Source: a virus
DNA length: 64,000 nt
Reading direction: 5' to 3' (one strand)
Virus record (IMG/VR): IMGVR_UViG_3300031718_000001
Location: 64,001 to 128,000 of that record
Part shown: positions 1 through 14,200 of the stretch, piece by piece
Position numbering within the stretch: position 1 is the stretch's first letter
How the letters are laid out: every line of letters begins with the position of its first letter
Notes under the pieces: model-generated
Told to the model about the DNA's origin: nothing
What the model saw: only the letters and a program-made list of their open reading frames with translations
The model's database searches: none
Translations under genes and position numbers: made by a program

Positions 1-19
1 GCCGGTGGAGGCCTGAGTC

Positions 20-430
20 ATGACGATGATGGACCAGAACCGGGTCGCCTCGGTAATGAACAACATCCTTGAGGGCGGGTCGTTTTCTGCTTGGCCGACC
101 GCACTGCACCTGCGGCTGCTGACCGCGATCGGCAGCAACACCTCCAACGGCACCGAGGCCACCTCCGGCAACTGCCCCGGCTACGCCGCCGGCGGCAACG
201 CCATCACCTTCGGCGCTAACTCCTCCGGAACCTCGGCCAGCTCCAGCGCGCCCTCCTGGACCGCCACCGGATCCTGGGCCACGATCACGGCGATCGAGAT
301 CTGGGACACCGCGGGCACGCCGCTGCGCTGGTTCGAGGGGGCGCTGACCGCCTCGATCACCGGAGTGGCCAACGGCGACACCGTGCAGTTCGCCACCGGG
401 GCGGTCACGCTCAACGCCTCTACCTGGTAA
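20..430 (+). CDS. Virion structural protein (small fibre/minor tail type)
   Basis: GGAGG RBS; WATITAIEIWD...GDTVQFATGAVTL resembles a common small phage virion protein family. Confidence 0.55.
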   Translation: MTMMDQNRVASVMNNILEGGSFSAWPTALHLRLLTAIGSNTSNGTEATSGNCPGYAAGGNAITFGANSSGTSASSSAPSWTATGSWATITAIEIWDTAGTPLRWFEGALTASITGVANGDTVQFATGAVTLNASTW

Positions 431-446
431 CGAGAGGAGCGCTCCT

Positions 447-794
447 ATGGCGACCACCCCGCCTGCCCAGGCAGATATCGATGCCTGGTTCCAGGCAGCC
501 GTCATCAACGGTGCCGTGAATCAGGTCTCTGAGAGCGCCGGCAGCCTGGCGTCGTTCTGGGTGGCTGCCTATACCCAGGACAACGGAGACGCAGAGTACG
601 TCACCATTAACGACCCGACGCAGGACCCGGATTCGGCCACGACGTGCATCGGATTGGTCCAGCAGTACGGTGCGATCACCGTCAAGGCGTATGCCTTCAC
701 GGTCTCGGTCACCGCCCCGGCCGCGGCGGATGCGGCGCTGGCAGACGCAGTACAGGCAGCACTGAACGATTCTGCCAACTGGGTCACGGAGTAG
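447..794 (+). CDS. Hypothetical protein
   Basis: GAGGAG RBS, operonic spacing, GC3-rich codons. Confidence 0.6.
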   Translation: MATTPPAQADIDAWFQAAVINGAVNQVSESAGSLASFWVAAYTQDNGDAEYVTINDPTQDPDSATTCIGLVQQYGAITVKAYAFTVSVTAPAAADAALADAVQAALNDSANWVTE

Positions 795-829
795 CCCCGG
801 GCTGCACCAGCCTGCTGCGGAGGTGAGCG

Positions 830-1672
830 ATGTCCATCCTGACCGAGCTGTGGGCCAATCCCGAGTCGTCTACGACGGTAGCGGCGGCACAGACTGCCGT
901 AGCCCAGGGCACCAGCCAGAACTGGACTATGGGCGGCGGGTACGCCGGCTTTCCTTCGGCCAGCTCCAGCGCTAACCCGCCTACCCAGTTCCACGTCATC
1001 GACCCCGCCGCACCGACCGAGATTATCGCGGTAACCAACGTGTCAGGCACCACCTGGACTGTCACCCGCGGAGCCGAATCCACCACCCCGGTCGCGCATG
1101 CGGCCGGGTTCTCCGTCCAGCAGGTAGTGACTGCCGGCGGCCTCAAGCAGCTTGTCCAGGGGCCGCCGTCCGGCGATGGGCTGGCACTCGGGACCGCTCA
1201 GGCGAACAGCTCGATCCTGTCCGTCGTCAACGCGACGACTACCCTGACGCTGGCGCAGATGACGGTTCCTGCTAACGAGGCCACCGTCAGCTCGATTTAC
1301 GAGATCGAGTGCTGGGGCCTGTTCACCACCGGGTCGAGCAACACCGTTCTCACCTGGACGCTGAGCTGGGGCGGCGTCACGCTGACGACCAATGCCTACA
1401 CGATGCCGGCCAGCGTGACCAACGGGCGGTGGCGGTTCAAGGGGTCCATCCAGGTATTCCCCGGCCCGCTGGCCGGAGTGAACGCGCGGCTGGAGATCGC
1501 GCCGTCCAGCTCGGTGGGCACTGCCGTCGCGGTCTACCTGCTCGGGAACAACTCGGATACCGGCCTTTCCATCACGACCAGCTCGTCGGAGGTATTCGAG
1601 CTGACGGCGGTCTGGACGACCGGGACGAACAGCCTCTACGTAACCGGCGGTAAGGCCTGGAAGGCGGCGTAG
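830..1672 (+). CDS. Virion structural/fibre-like protein
   Basis: GGAGG RBS; EIIAVTNVSGTTWTVTRGAEST motif typical of phage minor tail proteins; Thr/Ser-rich. Confidence 0.55.
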   Translation: MSILTELWANPESSTTVAAAQTAVAQGTSQNWTMGGGYAGFPSASSSANPPTQFHVIDPAAPTEIIAVTNVSGTTWTVTRGAESTTPVAHAAGFSVQQVVTAGGLKQLVQGPPSGDGLALGTAQANSSILSVVNATTTLTLAQMTVPANEATVSSIYEIECWGLFTTGSSNTVLTWTLSWGGVTLTTNAYTMPASVTNGRWRFKGSIQVFPGPLAGVNARLEIAPSSSVGTAVAVYLLGNNSDTGLSITTSSSEVFELTAVWTTGTNSLYVTGGKAWKAA

Positions 1673-1673
1673 G

Positions 1674-3581
1674 TTGCTCACCTCCGCCATACCCGGCTAC
1701 GCCGAGCCGGGTGCGTTCGGCCCAGGACTGCTCGCCTTCGTCCCGGGCGCAGCCACCCTGTCGGGATCAGGGTCGCTCAGCGGTGCCTGGTACTTCGGCG
1801 GGGCAGCGTCGCTGTCCGGGTCGGGCACGCTCACCGCCCCGCCCAGGATCATCATCCCGGGCGTAGCAGTCCTGTCGGGGTCCGGAACGCTCACAGCCGC
1901 GGGCGACCTGGAGGGCGCAGCCAGCCTGTCCGGATCGGGTTTGATGTCCGGAACCGGCCAGAAGGAGGTGCCGGGGGGCGCCGCGCTGTCGGGCTCGGGC
2001 ACCCTCGGCGCGACCGGTGCCTTTGCCGGATCGGCGTTGCTGTCGGGCTCCGGCTCGATGACGGCGGCCGGCCAGAAGACGGTCCCGGGTGCTGCCGGGC
2101 TGAGCGGTGCCGGCTCGATGACGGCCGCAGGCTCCTTTGCCGGCGCAGCCAGCCTGTCCGGATCAGGGTCGCTCGCGGCCACCGGGCAGAAGAAGGTACC
2201 TGGCGCGGCTGCCCTGTCGGGGTCCGGCACGCTGGCGGGGAGTGCGGTCTTCACCGGGTCTGCTGCGCTTGATGGCACAGGCTCCCTGGGCGGCACTGGC
2301 ACGACCGGGATACCTGGCGCGGCAGCGCTGTCGGGCACTGGCACGCTCACCGGAGCGGGCCAGCTTGCCGGAGCGGCTGCGCTGAGCGGCACTGGCACGC
2401 TGAGCGCAGCCGGGCAGAAGGCCGTACCCGGAGCAGCCGGCCTCAGCGGTACTGGCACGCTCGGAGCTGCCGGCTCGTTCGCTGGCGCAGCCAGCCTGTC
2501 CGGTACTGGCACGCTGGCTGGCACGGGCCAGAAGTCCGTGCCAGGAGCTGGCGCGCTCAGTGGCACGGGCACGCTCGGGGCGGCCTGGGAGTTCGAGGGC
2601 GCGGCCTCGCTCAGCGGCTCCGGCTCGGTATCTGCGGCTGGGCAGAAGGCCGTGCCAGGCTCGGCCGGGCTGTCTGGCACGGGCACGCTGACGGCCGCGG
2701 GCCAGAAGCTGGTGCCGGGCGCGGCGGCACTGTCCGGGTCGGGCACCCTGACCGCTGGCGTGAACGCGGCCACCCCCGGCGCAGCCGCGCTGTCCGGGTC
2801 CGGGTCGATGCTGGCTGCCGGCGGCGTCATCATCCCCGCCAGCGCCGCCCTGGCGGGCTCTGGCAGCCTCAGCGCGGCCGGGTACCGGACTGTCCAGGGC
2901 ACGGCCGCCCTGGCTGCTGCGGCCGTGCTGACGGCCGCTGCGGCACGTACCGCGGAAGCCGCTGCCACCCTGGCGGGTAGCGGCTACCTCACCGGTTCGG
3001 GTACCGAGGACCTGCCGGGGGCCGCGAGCCTGGTGGGTAACGGCAGCCTGGGAGCTGCCGGCCAGAAGTCCGCGCCCGCTTCGGCTGCCCTGGCCGGCAC
3101 CGGGTCGATGGCGGCCGGAGGGCACCGGACAGTTCCCGCCCAGGCGGGATTCCAGGCCACTGCGACACTGACGGCCGCCGGAACACCAGTGCGCACGGCG
3201 TCGGCCGCGCTGTCCGCCATGCCCAGGATGACCGGGACGGGATCGATCGCCGCCCGGTCGGACATGGCCGCGAGCCCCCGGCTGACTGCCTCCGGGCAGG
3301 TCCTGAAGGTGGCCCAGGCCACCCTGGCGACGGTAGCCGGGCTGACGGCTACCGCATCAGGCGGCCCGGACGTGGCATCGCTGTGGGCCGTATATGCCCA
3401 GGCTGCGGCACGGGCCGCGAGTGCCTGGGAGGCCTGGAGCGAGATGAAGCTGGCAGGCGGCACAACCGGATCGGCGGGCCAGCTCTACGGGACCGCCTAC
3501 GAGGCGCAGATGGCAGCAGACCAGGCCTATGCTGCGTACGTGACTGCCCAGGGTCAGCAGACGGCGGGGGCCAGAGGCTGA
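1674..3581 (+). CDS. Ala/Gly-rich repeat protein, probable virion fibre
   Basis: More than 20 imperfect copies of GAA(A/S)LSG(S/T)G(S/T)L(T/A)A at ~18-21 aa period. Confidence 0.6.
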   Translation: MLTSAIPGYAEPGAFGPGLLAFVPGAATLSGSGSLSGAWYFGGAASLSGSGTLTAPPRIIIPGVAVLSGSGTLTAAGDLEGAASLSGSGLMSGTGQKEVPGGAALSGSGTLGATGAFAGSALLSGSGSMTAAGQKTVPGAAGLSGAGSMTAAGSFAGAASLSGSGSLAATGQKKVPGAAALSGSGTLAGSAVFTGSAALDGTGSLGGTGTTGIPGAAALSGTGTLTGAGQLAGAAALSGTGTLSAAGQKAVPGAAGLSGTGTLGAAGSFAGAASLSGTGTLAGTGQKSVPGAGALSGTGTLGAAWEFEGAASLSGSGSVSAAGQKAVPGSAGLSGTGTLTAAGQKLVPGAAALSGSGTLTAGVNAATPGAAALSGSGSMLAAGGVIIPASAALAGSGSLSAAGYRTVQGTAALAAAAVLTAAAARTAEAAATLAGSGYLTGSGTEDLPGAASLVGNGSLGAAGQKSAPASAALAGTGSMAAGGHRTVPAQAGFQATATLTAAGTPVRTASAALSAMPRMTGTGSIAARSDMAASPRLTASGQVLKVAQATLATVAGLTATASGGPDVASLWAVYAQAAARAASAWEAWSEMKLAGGTTGSAGQLYGTAYEAQMAADQAYAAYVTAQGQQTAGARG

Positions 3582-3587
3582 ACATGG

Positions 3588-3622
3588 AAGAACCCCGGTC
3601 CCCTCTAAACCGGGGTTCTTTG
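3588..3622. terminator. Hairpin terminator between convergent genes
   Basis: AAGAACCCCGGT / ACCGGGGTTCTT inverted repeat. Confidence 0.65.
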
Positions 3623-3636
3623 ACTAGCTAACGGGC

Positions 3637-3843
3637 CTATTCAACCTCCAGGACTACGAGCCGGCCCCTGGGCATCATCTGCGCGAAATACTGGGGCCAC
3701 GTGCTCATCGTCGGGTCCTGCCAGACCACCTTCCCATCGTGCTTGACGGCGATGCCGCCCGAGTCGGGGTCGTGCAGGACAAAGGTGATGGTTACCGGCT
3801 GGCTGCCTTCTTCTGGCGGTCTCGTGCTCTGGCTGCCTGCCAT
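3637..3843 (-). CDS. Hypothetical protein
   Basis: GGAGG RBS, follows 3856-4404 on the same strand. Confidence 0.55.
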   Translation of the reverse strand: MAGSQSTRPPEEGSQPVTITFVLHDPDSGGIAVKHDGKVVWQDPTMSTWPQYFAQMMPRGRLVVLEVE

Positions 3844-3855
3844 TTCCCTCCCTAG

Positions 3856-4404
3856 CTACCCTTCGGCGCCGGACCTCCCGGCGCGTTCCACATCGGCCCG
3901 GTGCCATTCCTCCAGGCACTGGCGCGAGCAGAACAGGTAGGTCTCTTCCTGGCCATCTTCTCTTTCGACATCAATCGCCCACGGATGGTCACCGAGAATC
4001 TCGTAGCAGGAGATGCCCTTGCAGATGTGCACGGGGCGGGCTTCGCGCGGTCCCCGGCGCAGCAGCTCGGCGCGCTCTTCCTCCTCGACAAGCTGCGCCC
4101 AGGTCTTGCCGTCGGCGGAGAACGGGTCCATCCGCTGGACTGGCGGGGCCTGGGTGACCCGCGGGGTTGCCGGGGCCGGCAGTTGCGGCCGAGCCCGTGG
4201 CGGCTCGATCTCGCGGATGACCATCCTGGTGTGGTGACCGAGCCCGCGGATGAACGCGAACAGGATGGCCGTCATGGCGATGATGGCGGCGAAGATTCCG
4301 ATCACCACGATCAGCACATGACCGTGGACCATGCGCAGAAGGCCCTCGGCCGCCATGTAGACGACGAGGGCCACGATTCCTGCGACGGTGAGCCAGAGCC
4401 TCAC
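3856..4404 (-). CDS. Membrane protein with C-terminal Cys cluster
   Basis: Two N-terminal hydrophobic segments; CKGISC...FCSRQC (YHS/TRASH-like). Confidence 0.6.
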   Translation of the reverse strand: MRLWLTVAGIVALVVYMAAEGLLRMVHGHVLIVVIGIFAAIIAMTAILFAFIRGLGHHTRMVIREIEPPRARPQLPAPATPRVTQAPPVQRMDPFSADGKTWAQLVEEEERAELLRRGPREARPVHICKGISCYEILGDHPWAIDVEREDGQEETYLFCSRQCLEEWHRADVERAGRSGAEG

Positions 4405-4457
4405 GATTTGTCCCTTAATGCCGGGTTTCCGGCTGTCCGTTCCTTGCTCCTCTCCTT

Positions 4458-4486
4458 AAGTTAGCAAGAAAGCCTGTAACGAGCAA
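4458..4486 (-). promoter_or_regulatory. sigA-like promoter containing the TAGCAAGAAA motif
   Basis: Minus strand TTGCTC-17 nt-TAACTT; near copy at 10453-10481. Confidence 0.55.
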
Positions 4487-4510
4487 GTCTCCGCTGCCAT
4501 TCCGGCTGAG

Positions 4511-4520
4511 CCCCGGAAGG
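4511..4520 (+). promoter_or_regulatory. CCCCGGAAGG candidate late-promoter element (first of 13)
   Basis: Same motif at 11208, 15022, 32904, 33280, 39202, 42484, 43694, 46279, 48134, 52243, 59880, 62727, each just before a structural gene start. Confidence 0.6.
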
Positions 4521-4536
4521 ATGGAGGAGGCGGTCA

Positions 4537-9201
<4,665 letters not shown>

Positions 9202-9208
9202 GAGGCCC

Positions 9209-9457
9209 ATGTTCCCCTACCGCATCGACATGGCGACGCAGGAGGAGATCGACGGCGACCCGTTCGGCGGCGCCGGGGTGTTCCTCTCGCTGCCGGGCGC
9301 CAGCGGCGAGGACATCCTGGCGGCGCTGGAACGCGCGTTCGGCCGGGTAATCCCGGCCGTGGCCTGGGCTGAGCACGGCGCCTGGGCAGACTCGGGTACC
9401 GCCGGGCTGGGCAAGGACGAGCTGCTCGCCGCCTGGCACGCCCTGGTCGCCCCGTGA
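9209..9457 (+). CDS. Hypothetical protein
   Basis: AGGAGG RBS, coupled to neighbours. Confidence 0.55.
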   Translation: MFPYRIDMATQEEIDGDPFGGAGVFLSLPGASGEDILAALERAFGRVIPAVAWAEHGAWADSGTAGLGKDELLAAWHALVAP

Positions 9458-10020
9458 GCAGCACCGATGTCTTCATCGCCGCAGTCGGCGCCGTAGGCGG
9501 CCTCGGCGGCTCCTACGCCGCGATCATGTCGTACCTGAGCACCCGCGGCGACCGCCGGACGATGATGCGCAAGGAGGCCGTCGATAACGCGATCTCTGTT
9601 CAGCTAAAGCCGGTTACGGACCTCACCACTAAGCTGAGCGGGGATATCGGCACGCTGTCCCTGGACAGCCGGCGCATCAGCAGCGTCGTGGACAGGAACT
9701 CTACGGCCGTCACCGGCCTGGGGGACAGGATCACCGTCCTCGAAACGAAAATGGATGTCTTCTGGCGCAATGTCGGAGTGGAGTTGGCTCGCGTGCTGCA
9801 CAGCCCGAACCCGGCCAGGGCGCACGTTGATGCCCTGCTGGAAGCCCTGACGGAGGGGCGCCTGACGCCCGTCGAGCGCGAGGAGCTGAAGGGGCTGCTT
9901 CAGTACATCCGGGACTACCACTCAGGCGACAAGAGCGATTTCCCGATCTACGCCGGGGATCAGGTAGCTGCCGCCATCCTGCTGCAAACGATGCTCTTCG
10001 TCGGAGCCGGGAAGACATAG
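9454..10020 (+). CDS. Membrane-anchored coiled-coil protein
   Basis: N-terminal hydrophobic helix; GTGA overlap with upstream gene. Confidence 0.6.
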   Translation: MSSTDVFIAAVGAVGGLGGSYAAIMSYLSTRGDRRTMMRKEAVDNAISVQLKPVTDLTTKLSGDIGTLSLDSRRISSVVDRNSTAVTGLGDRITVLETKMDVFWRNVGVELARVLHSPNPARAHVDALLEALTEGRLTPVEREELKGLLQYIRDYHSGDKSDFPIYAGDQVAAAILLQTMLFVGAGKT

Positions 10021-10041
10021 AAAGTCACTTAAGGGGGACTG

Positions 10042-10434
10042 ATGGATCACGGAACGGAGCAGGACGAGTCCGTCCTCGCCAGGACCGCCACTGCGCAGGT
10101 GGCCACGCTGAGGAAGGCGGTCAACCGCTACCGGATATTTGTCATCTTTCTCGGCGTGGTCTGTGCCGCCCTGCTCGCCGGCGGCCTCCTGCTCTGGAAG
10201 ACGTACGACAGTACCCAGTCCGTGGTGGAACGGCAGAGCCAGCAGGACTATGCCAGTTGCGTAGCCGGCAACACCTACCGCTCTGGTAGCGAGCAGATCT
10301 GGGATCATTTCTTCAGCCTGCTCGTGACGAAGAGCACCCCGAAGTCGGCTGTCGCAGAGGTGCACGGGTTCCTGTCCTACATCGCCAAGGTCGAGGCGCT
10401 GCGCGACTGCAAGCCGCTGCTCAACGGGAGCTGA
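10042..10434 (+). CDS. Single-pass membrane protein
   Basis: IFVIFLGVVCAALLAGGLLLW segment. Confidence 0.55.
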   Translation: MDHGTEQDESVLARTATAQVATLRKAVNRYRIFVIFLGVVCAALLAGGLLLWKTYDSTQSVVERQSQQDYASCVAGNTYRSGSEQIWDHFFSLLVTKSTPKSAVAEVHGFLSYIAKVEALRDCKPLLNGS

Positions 10435-10452
10435 CTGGCCCTCTGGTCTGTA

Positions 10453-10481
10453 TTGCTCAATACAGGGTTTCTTGCTATTGT
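10453..10481 (+). promoter_or_regulatory. sigA-like promoter containing the reversed TAGCAAGAAA motif
   Basis: TTGCTC-17 nt-TATTGT upstream of 10532. Confidence 0.55.
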
Positions 10482-10531
10482 TAGGCACGTAACCACGAGT
10501 AGCGAGCACAGCAGAGACGAGGAAGTTCCCG

Positions 10532-11170
10532 ATGATCAACGAGATCCAGGACCAGATGGCGGAAATCCGCCGGCTAGCCGGCATCAAGCGCCACAGCCTC
10601 CAGCGGGACATGGTAGACGGATCCCACACCCTGAGCAGCGCCCAGATGCGCATGGTGCTCGCTCACCTGAGCAAGTGCCCGGACCTCCCGATGGCCCCCA
10701 AGCCCGCAGTGCCGGCCGCCCAGCCCCCGGGTAGCGCCTACATCTCCGGCCCGGCCGGGTCCGGCGAGGCCCGTATCCGGCAGGGGCCGGCTGCCCGCAC
10801 CACCCTGCCGACCCTGGCCGACCTCAAGGACGTTCCGGCCGGCTACTTCGCCACCGACTCGCGTACCGGCAACAACGACCTCGACTTCTGGCGGGTGGAT
10901 AAGCCGGCGAAGGGCAAGTGGGCCGGCTACTCGTTCGCCGTCCGGATCCTCGGCGGCGGCGACGGCAGCTCGATGCGCACCATCAAGCTGGACAACATCC
11001 AGATGCGGCTCGCCCTGGTGGCCATCCGCGCGGCCGGGTTCGAGGAGGCAGGCGACGCGTTCGCCGACGCCATCCGCCGCTGCAAGAAGTGCGGCCTGGT
11101 CCTTACCGATGAGCTGTCGCGCGAGCGTCGCATGGGCATGAGCTGCTGGAAGAAGTACGGCCAGAACTGA
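10532..11170 (+). CDS. DUF6011-like Zn-ribbon protein
   Basis: C-terminal CKKCGLVLTDELS..RMGMSCW. Confidence 0.6.
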   Translation: MINEIQDQMAEIRRLAGIKRHSLQRDMVDGSHTLSSAQMRMVLAHLSKCPDLPMAPKPAVPAAQPPGSAYISGPAGSGEARIRQGPAARTTLPTLADLKDVPAGYFATDSRTGNNDLDFWRVDKPAKGKWAGYSFAVRILGGGDGSSMRTIKLDNIQMRLALVAIRAAGFEEAGDAFADAIRRCKKCGLVLTDELSRERRMGMSCWKKYGQN

Positions 11171-11188
11171 GCAACTAACCCCGAGGTG

Positions 11189-11244
11189 ATGCCCACCTCC
11201 CGGTCGCCCCCAGAAGGAAAGAAGGGCGACCGGGAGGTGGGCAT
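11189..11244 (+). promoter_or_regulatory. Perfect 21-bp hairpin hiding the protease-gene RBS, late motif at its loop
   Basis: ATGCCCACCTCCCGGTCGCCC (11189-11209) / GGGCGACCGGGAGGTGGGCAT (11224-11244); TTG start at 11245. Confidence 0.7.
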
Positions 11245-14200
11245 TTGCGTAAGTACGCAAGCCTGGAAGTGCTGGAGTCCTGGCGGGTTCCGCAGCAGGC
11301 AGGTCCCGCTGGCCTGCGGAAGGCGGCCCACCGGGTCGCGTTCGACTACACGCCGCGGGCCGGGTATCTCTACGTCCGGTCGAGGATGATCTCCTCCCGG
11401 ACCAACGACAACCATGACACCTTCCCCGCAGGCGAGATCGAAAAGGGATACCGGACGTTCCTGGGCAAGCCGGTATTCATCAACCACCACAACGCAAATC
11501 ACCGGCGCGCTCGCGGGGTGGTCGTCGCTGTCGCCCTGCACCGTGACCGCAACCCGGACAAGAGCCCCGACACCTGGGTCGAGGGGCTGATGGAGATCGA
11601 CGCCCAGCGCTTCCCGAAACTGGCCCAGGCAATCCTGGCGGGCAAGGTCAACCGCACCAGCATGGGCGTCGATGTCGAGTGGTCGCGCTGCTCAGCATGC
11701 GGGAACAAGGCCACCTCCCCGGCTGAGTACTGCCACCACCTGCCAGCACTCAAGGGCAAGAAGATCCGCAAGACCAACCCGGCTACCGGCAAGGTCGAGG
11801 AGCGGCTGATCCACGAGATCTGCGCCGGGTTGTCGTTCTTCGAGAACTCGCTGCTGGTCGAGGAGCCGGCTGACCCATCGGCTTATGTCCTTGATGCACC
11901 TGATGCACGTGGTCTACGAGGTATGTCAGGGTTCGACGTGACTCCACGTACGGCCAGCGCGGATCGAGGCGATGGCCTGGTCACTCACTCCGTACCGGCG
12001 GCCAATGTCCCCCAGGGTGAGCTGCCCTCTTCGTGTGCTTCCCTTCCCAACCGCCACCTGGGGAAGCAGTTCACGCTTGATAACCCGAACGTCTGCTTCG
12101 GTAAGCGTGGCGAACGGGTTCCTGGAGCCCGGCAGGCTGCGCCCCTTGGCCACCATGTCGGCGGAGTTGAAGGCGTTGGTGCCCAGGAGCCAGTGCAGGG
12201 GGTTCATGCACGGTTTCCAGTCGCAGGCGTGGCAGACCACCTGGCCCGGCGGAATGGGACCGCGCACCAGTCTCCATCCGTACCGGTGAGCACGGACACT
12301 CGACCGCTTCGAGTCCGACAGCGAGAAGCGCGGGTATCCGCTGTCAAAGAATCCTCCCGTCCACGGGTTGCAGAATCCCGGTCCAGCCGTGAAGTCGATC
12401 GAGGCGAAGTACCGCTCGATCTCCGGGGCCGTCCTTATGAAGCGTCCGTCCAGTTCGGACCTGCTGACCATGGTGTTAATACTACCGCCTACTTCCTGGG
12501 CCGGCCCGATGCCCGCGGCCTGGACAAGACGGCCGCGGCCAAGCGCGAAGGCGGCGACCACCCGTTCTTCAAGGAACACCCGGTAAGCGCTGCCAATATC
12601 GTTGCCGCTTACCACGACACCACCGACGACGAGAAGTCCCTCGGCGACCGGTGGTATGCCGATGCCCACCACGTCGCAAAGGGGATCGCCGGAGGAGATG
12701 CAGCCAAGGGAGCCGGGCTGCTGTCCGCCTACTCACCGCAGACGGCATGGCCGGTCAACATGTTCAACGCCAGCCGGGCGGCTCAGGGCGATCCGCCTGG
12801 ACCCGGCAGCGGCGCCATGGGCACGCAGCAGAAGTCGGCGATGCACATCCTCGGCGGCGAGCATCACTCGCAGGTGCTGAAGGCCCCGAAGACAGCCGCC
12901 TTCGCTCACCTGATCGAGCACGGCGGAGATACGGCGGCCGACGAGAAGAACGGCACGCACAAGGTCGTTGTTGACCGGCACGCGCTGTCGGTCGCCGTCG
13001 GCCGCCGCCTGGGCAAGGAGGAAGGCAGCAAGGCTCCGCTCGGCCAGACCCAGCACTACGAGCACGTCGCCCAGGCCTACCGCGATGCAGCAAGCCTCCT
13101 GTCCGATGCCACCGGGCGGAAGATCAGCCCGCACCAGGTTCAGGCCGCTACCTGGCTGCGCCAGATCCGCAAGAACCATGAAGAGGACAACTCCGGCAAG
13201 GGCGGCGGAGGCCTCGGAGCCGGCCGCGGCCGGGTGCAGATGCAGAACAACTCCAAGACCAGGTGGGAGCAGCATCACAAGCAGCACCATCCCGGCGGTA
13301 TCGCCGAGGAGAACATGCACTATCACGGCAGGCGGGTGCTGGCCTACGGCGAGACCCGGGTGCCGCCGCAGGTGGACACACTGCGAATGGAGGAGTGCCC
13401 GGTCTGCGGCGAGCACGACGTGTGGTCCGGCGAACGCTGCCCCGTGTGCGGATTCATCGTCCCGCCCAGCCTGTTCCGCGATCCCGACGTGACCAAGGCC
13501 CAGCAGGTCCGCCAGGAGCTGGACCAGGAGGGCGAGGTCGTCACCCAGCCGGGCGCTCCCGGTGACCCGGCCACGCAGCAGATCGGCTCCGGCGAGGATG
13601 CCGACAACCAGCTCATGAACCCGGACCAGGTAGCCCCCGACGGGACGCCAGGCGTCCAGGGCGAGGGCGGCCCGGTGCCCGCGGCTGACACAGACGGGCT
13701 GCCGCCGCTAGCCCAGCAGGGCGAGCCAGGTGACACGGGCGAAGAGGCTCAGGACGAGCAGGCCGAGGAGGACGAGGAGGCTGACGCCGAAGAGGAGGCC
13801 GAGGGCCAGGAGCTGGAAAACCAGGGCGAGGAAGCCCAGCCCGGCGTGCAGCCGGACCTCATGTGCTCCGCGTGCGGGGCCGCTTTCGCGACCGATATGG
13901 CCGCCCAGCCGGGTACGCCGTGCCCGGCCTGCCGCCAGGGGTCGCTGCAACCTGCGGGTGGACCCCCAGAAGGTACAGAAGACCCCGACGCCGAGGACGA
14001 AGAGGACGAGGACGAAGAGATGGCAGGAAGCAAGACGGGCGCCGCGCTCGCTCGCGCTCAGTCGCACCGTATCGCCGTCCTGACCGCCGAGAACGAGGTC
14101 CTGACGGAGCAGCTCCGCTTCCTCGCCTCGGCCGCGGGCGTAGACCGGCACCTGGACGCGATCCGCTCGCAGGTGCTCCGCAGGCACGCGGATGTGCTCA

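Noticed and set aside
1697-3463. Long reverse-strand ORFs here and elsewhere (e.g. 7258-8469, 13708-15093, 53826-55244, 60686-62845)
   Set aside because: Shadow ORFs of GC-rich genes with no motifs, unlike the HNH at 11926-12471
9454-10434. Holin/spanin lysis cassette
   Set aside because: Membrane segments present but no adjacent endolysin; function not supportable
11878-12483. Intein or group I intron explanation of the insertion
   Set aside because: No C-terminal His-Asn intein block, endonuclease is on the opposite strand, and there is almost no non-HNH sequence for an intron core
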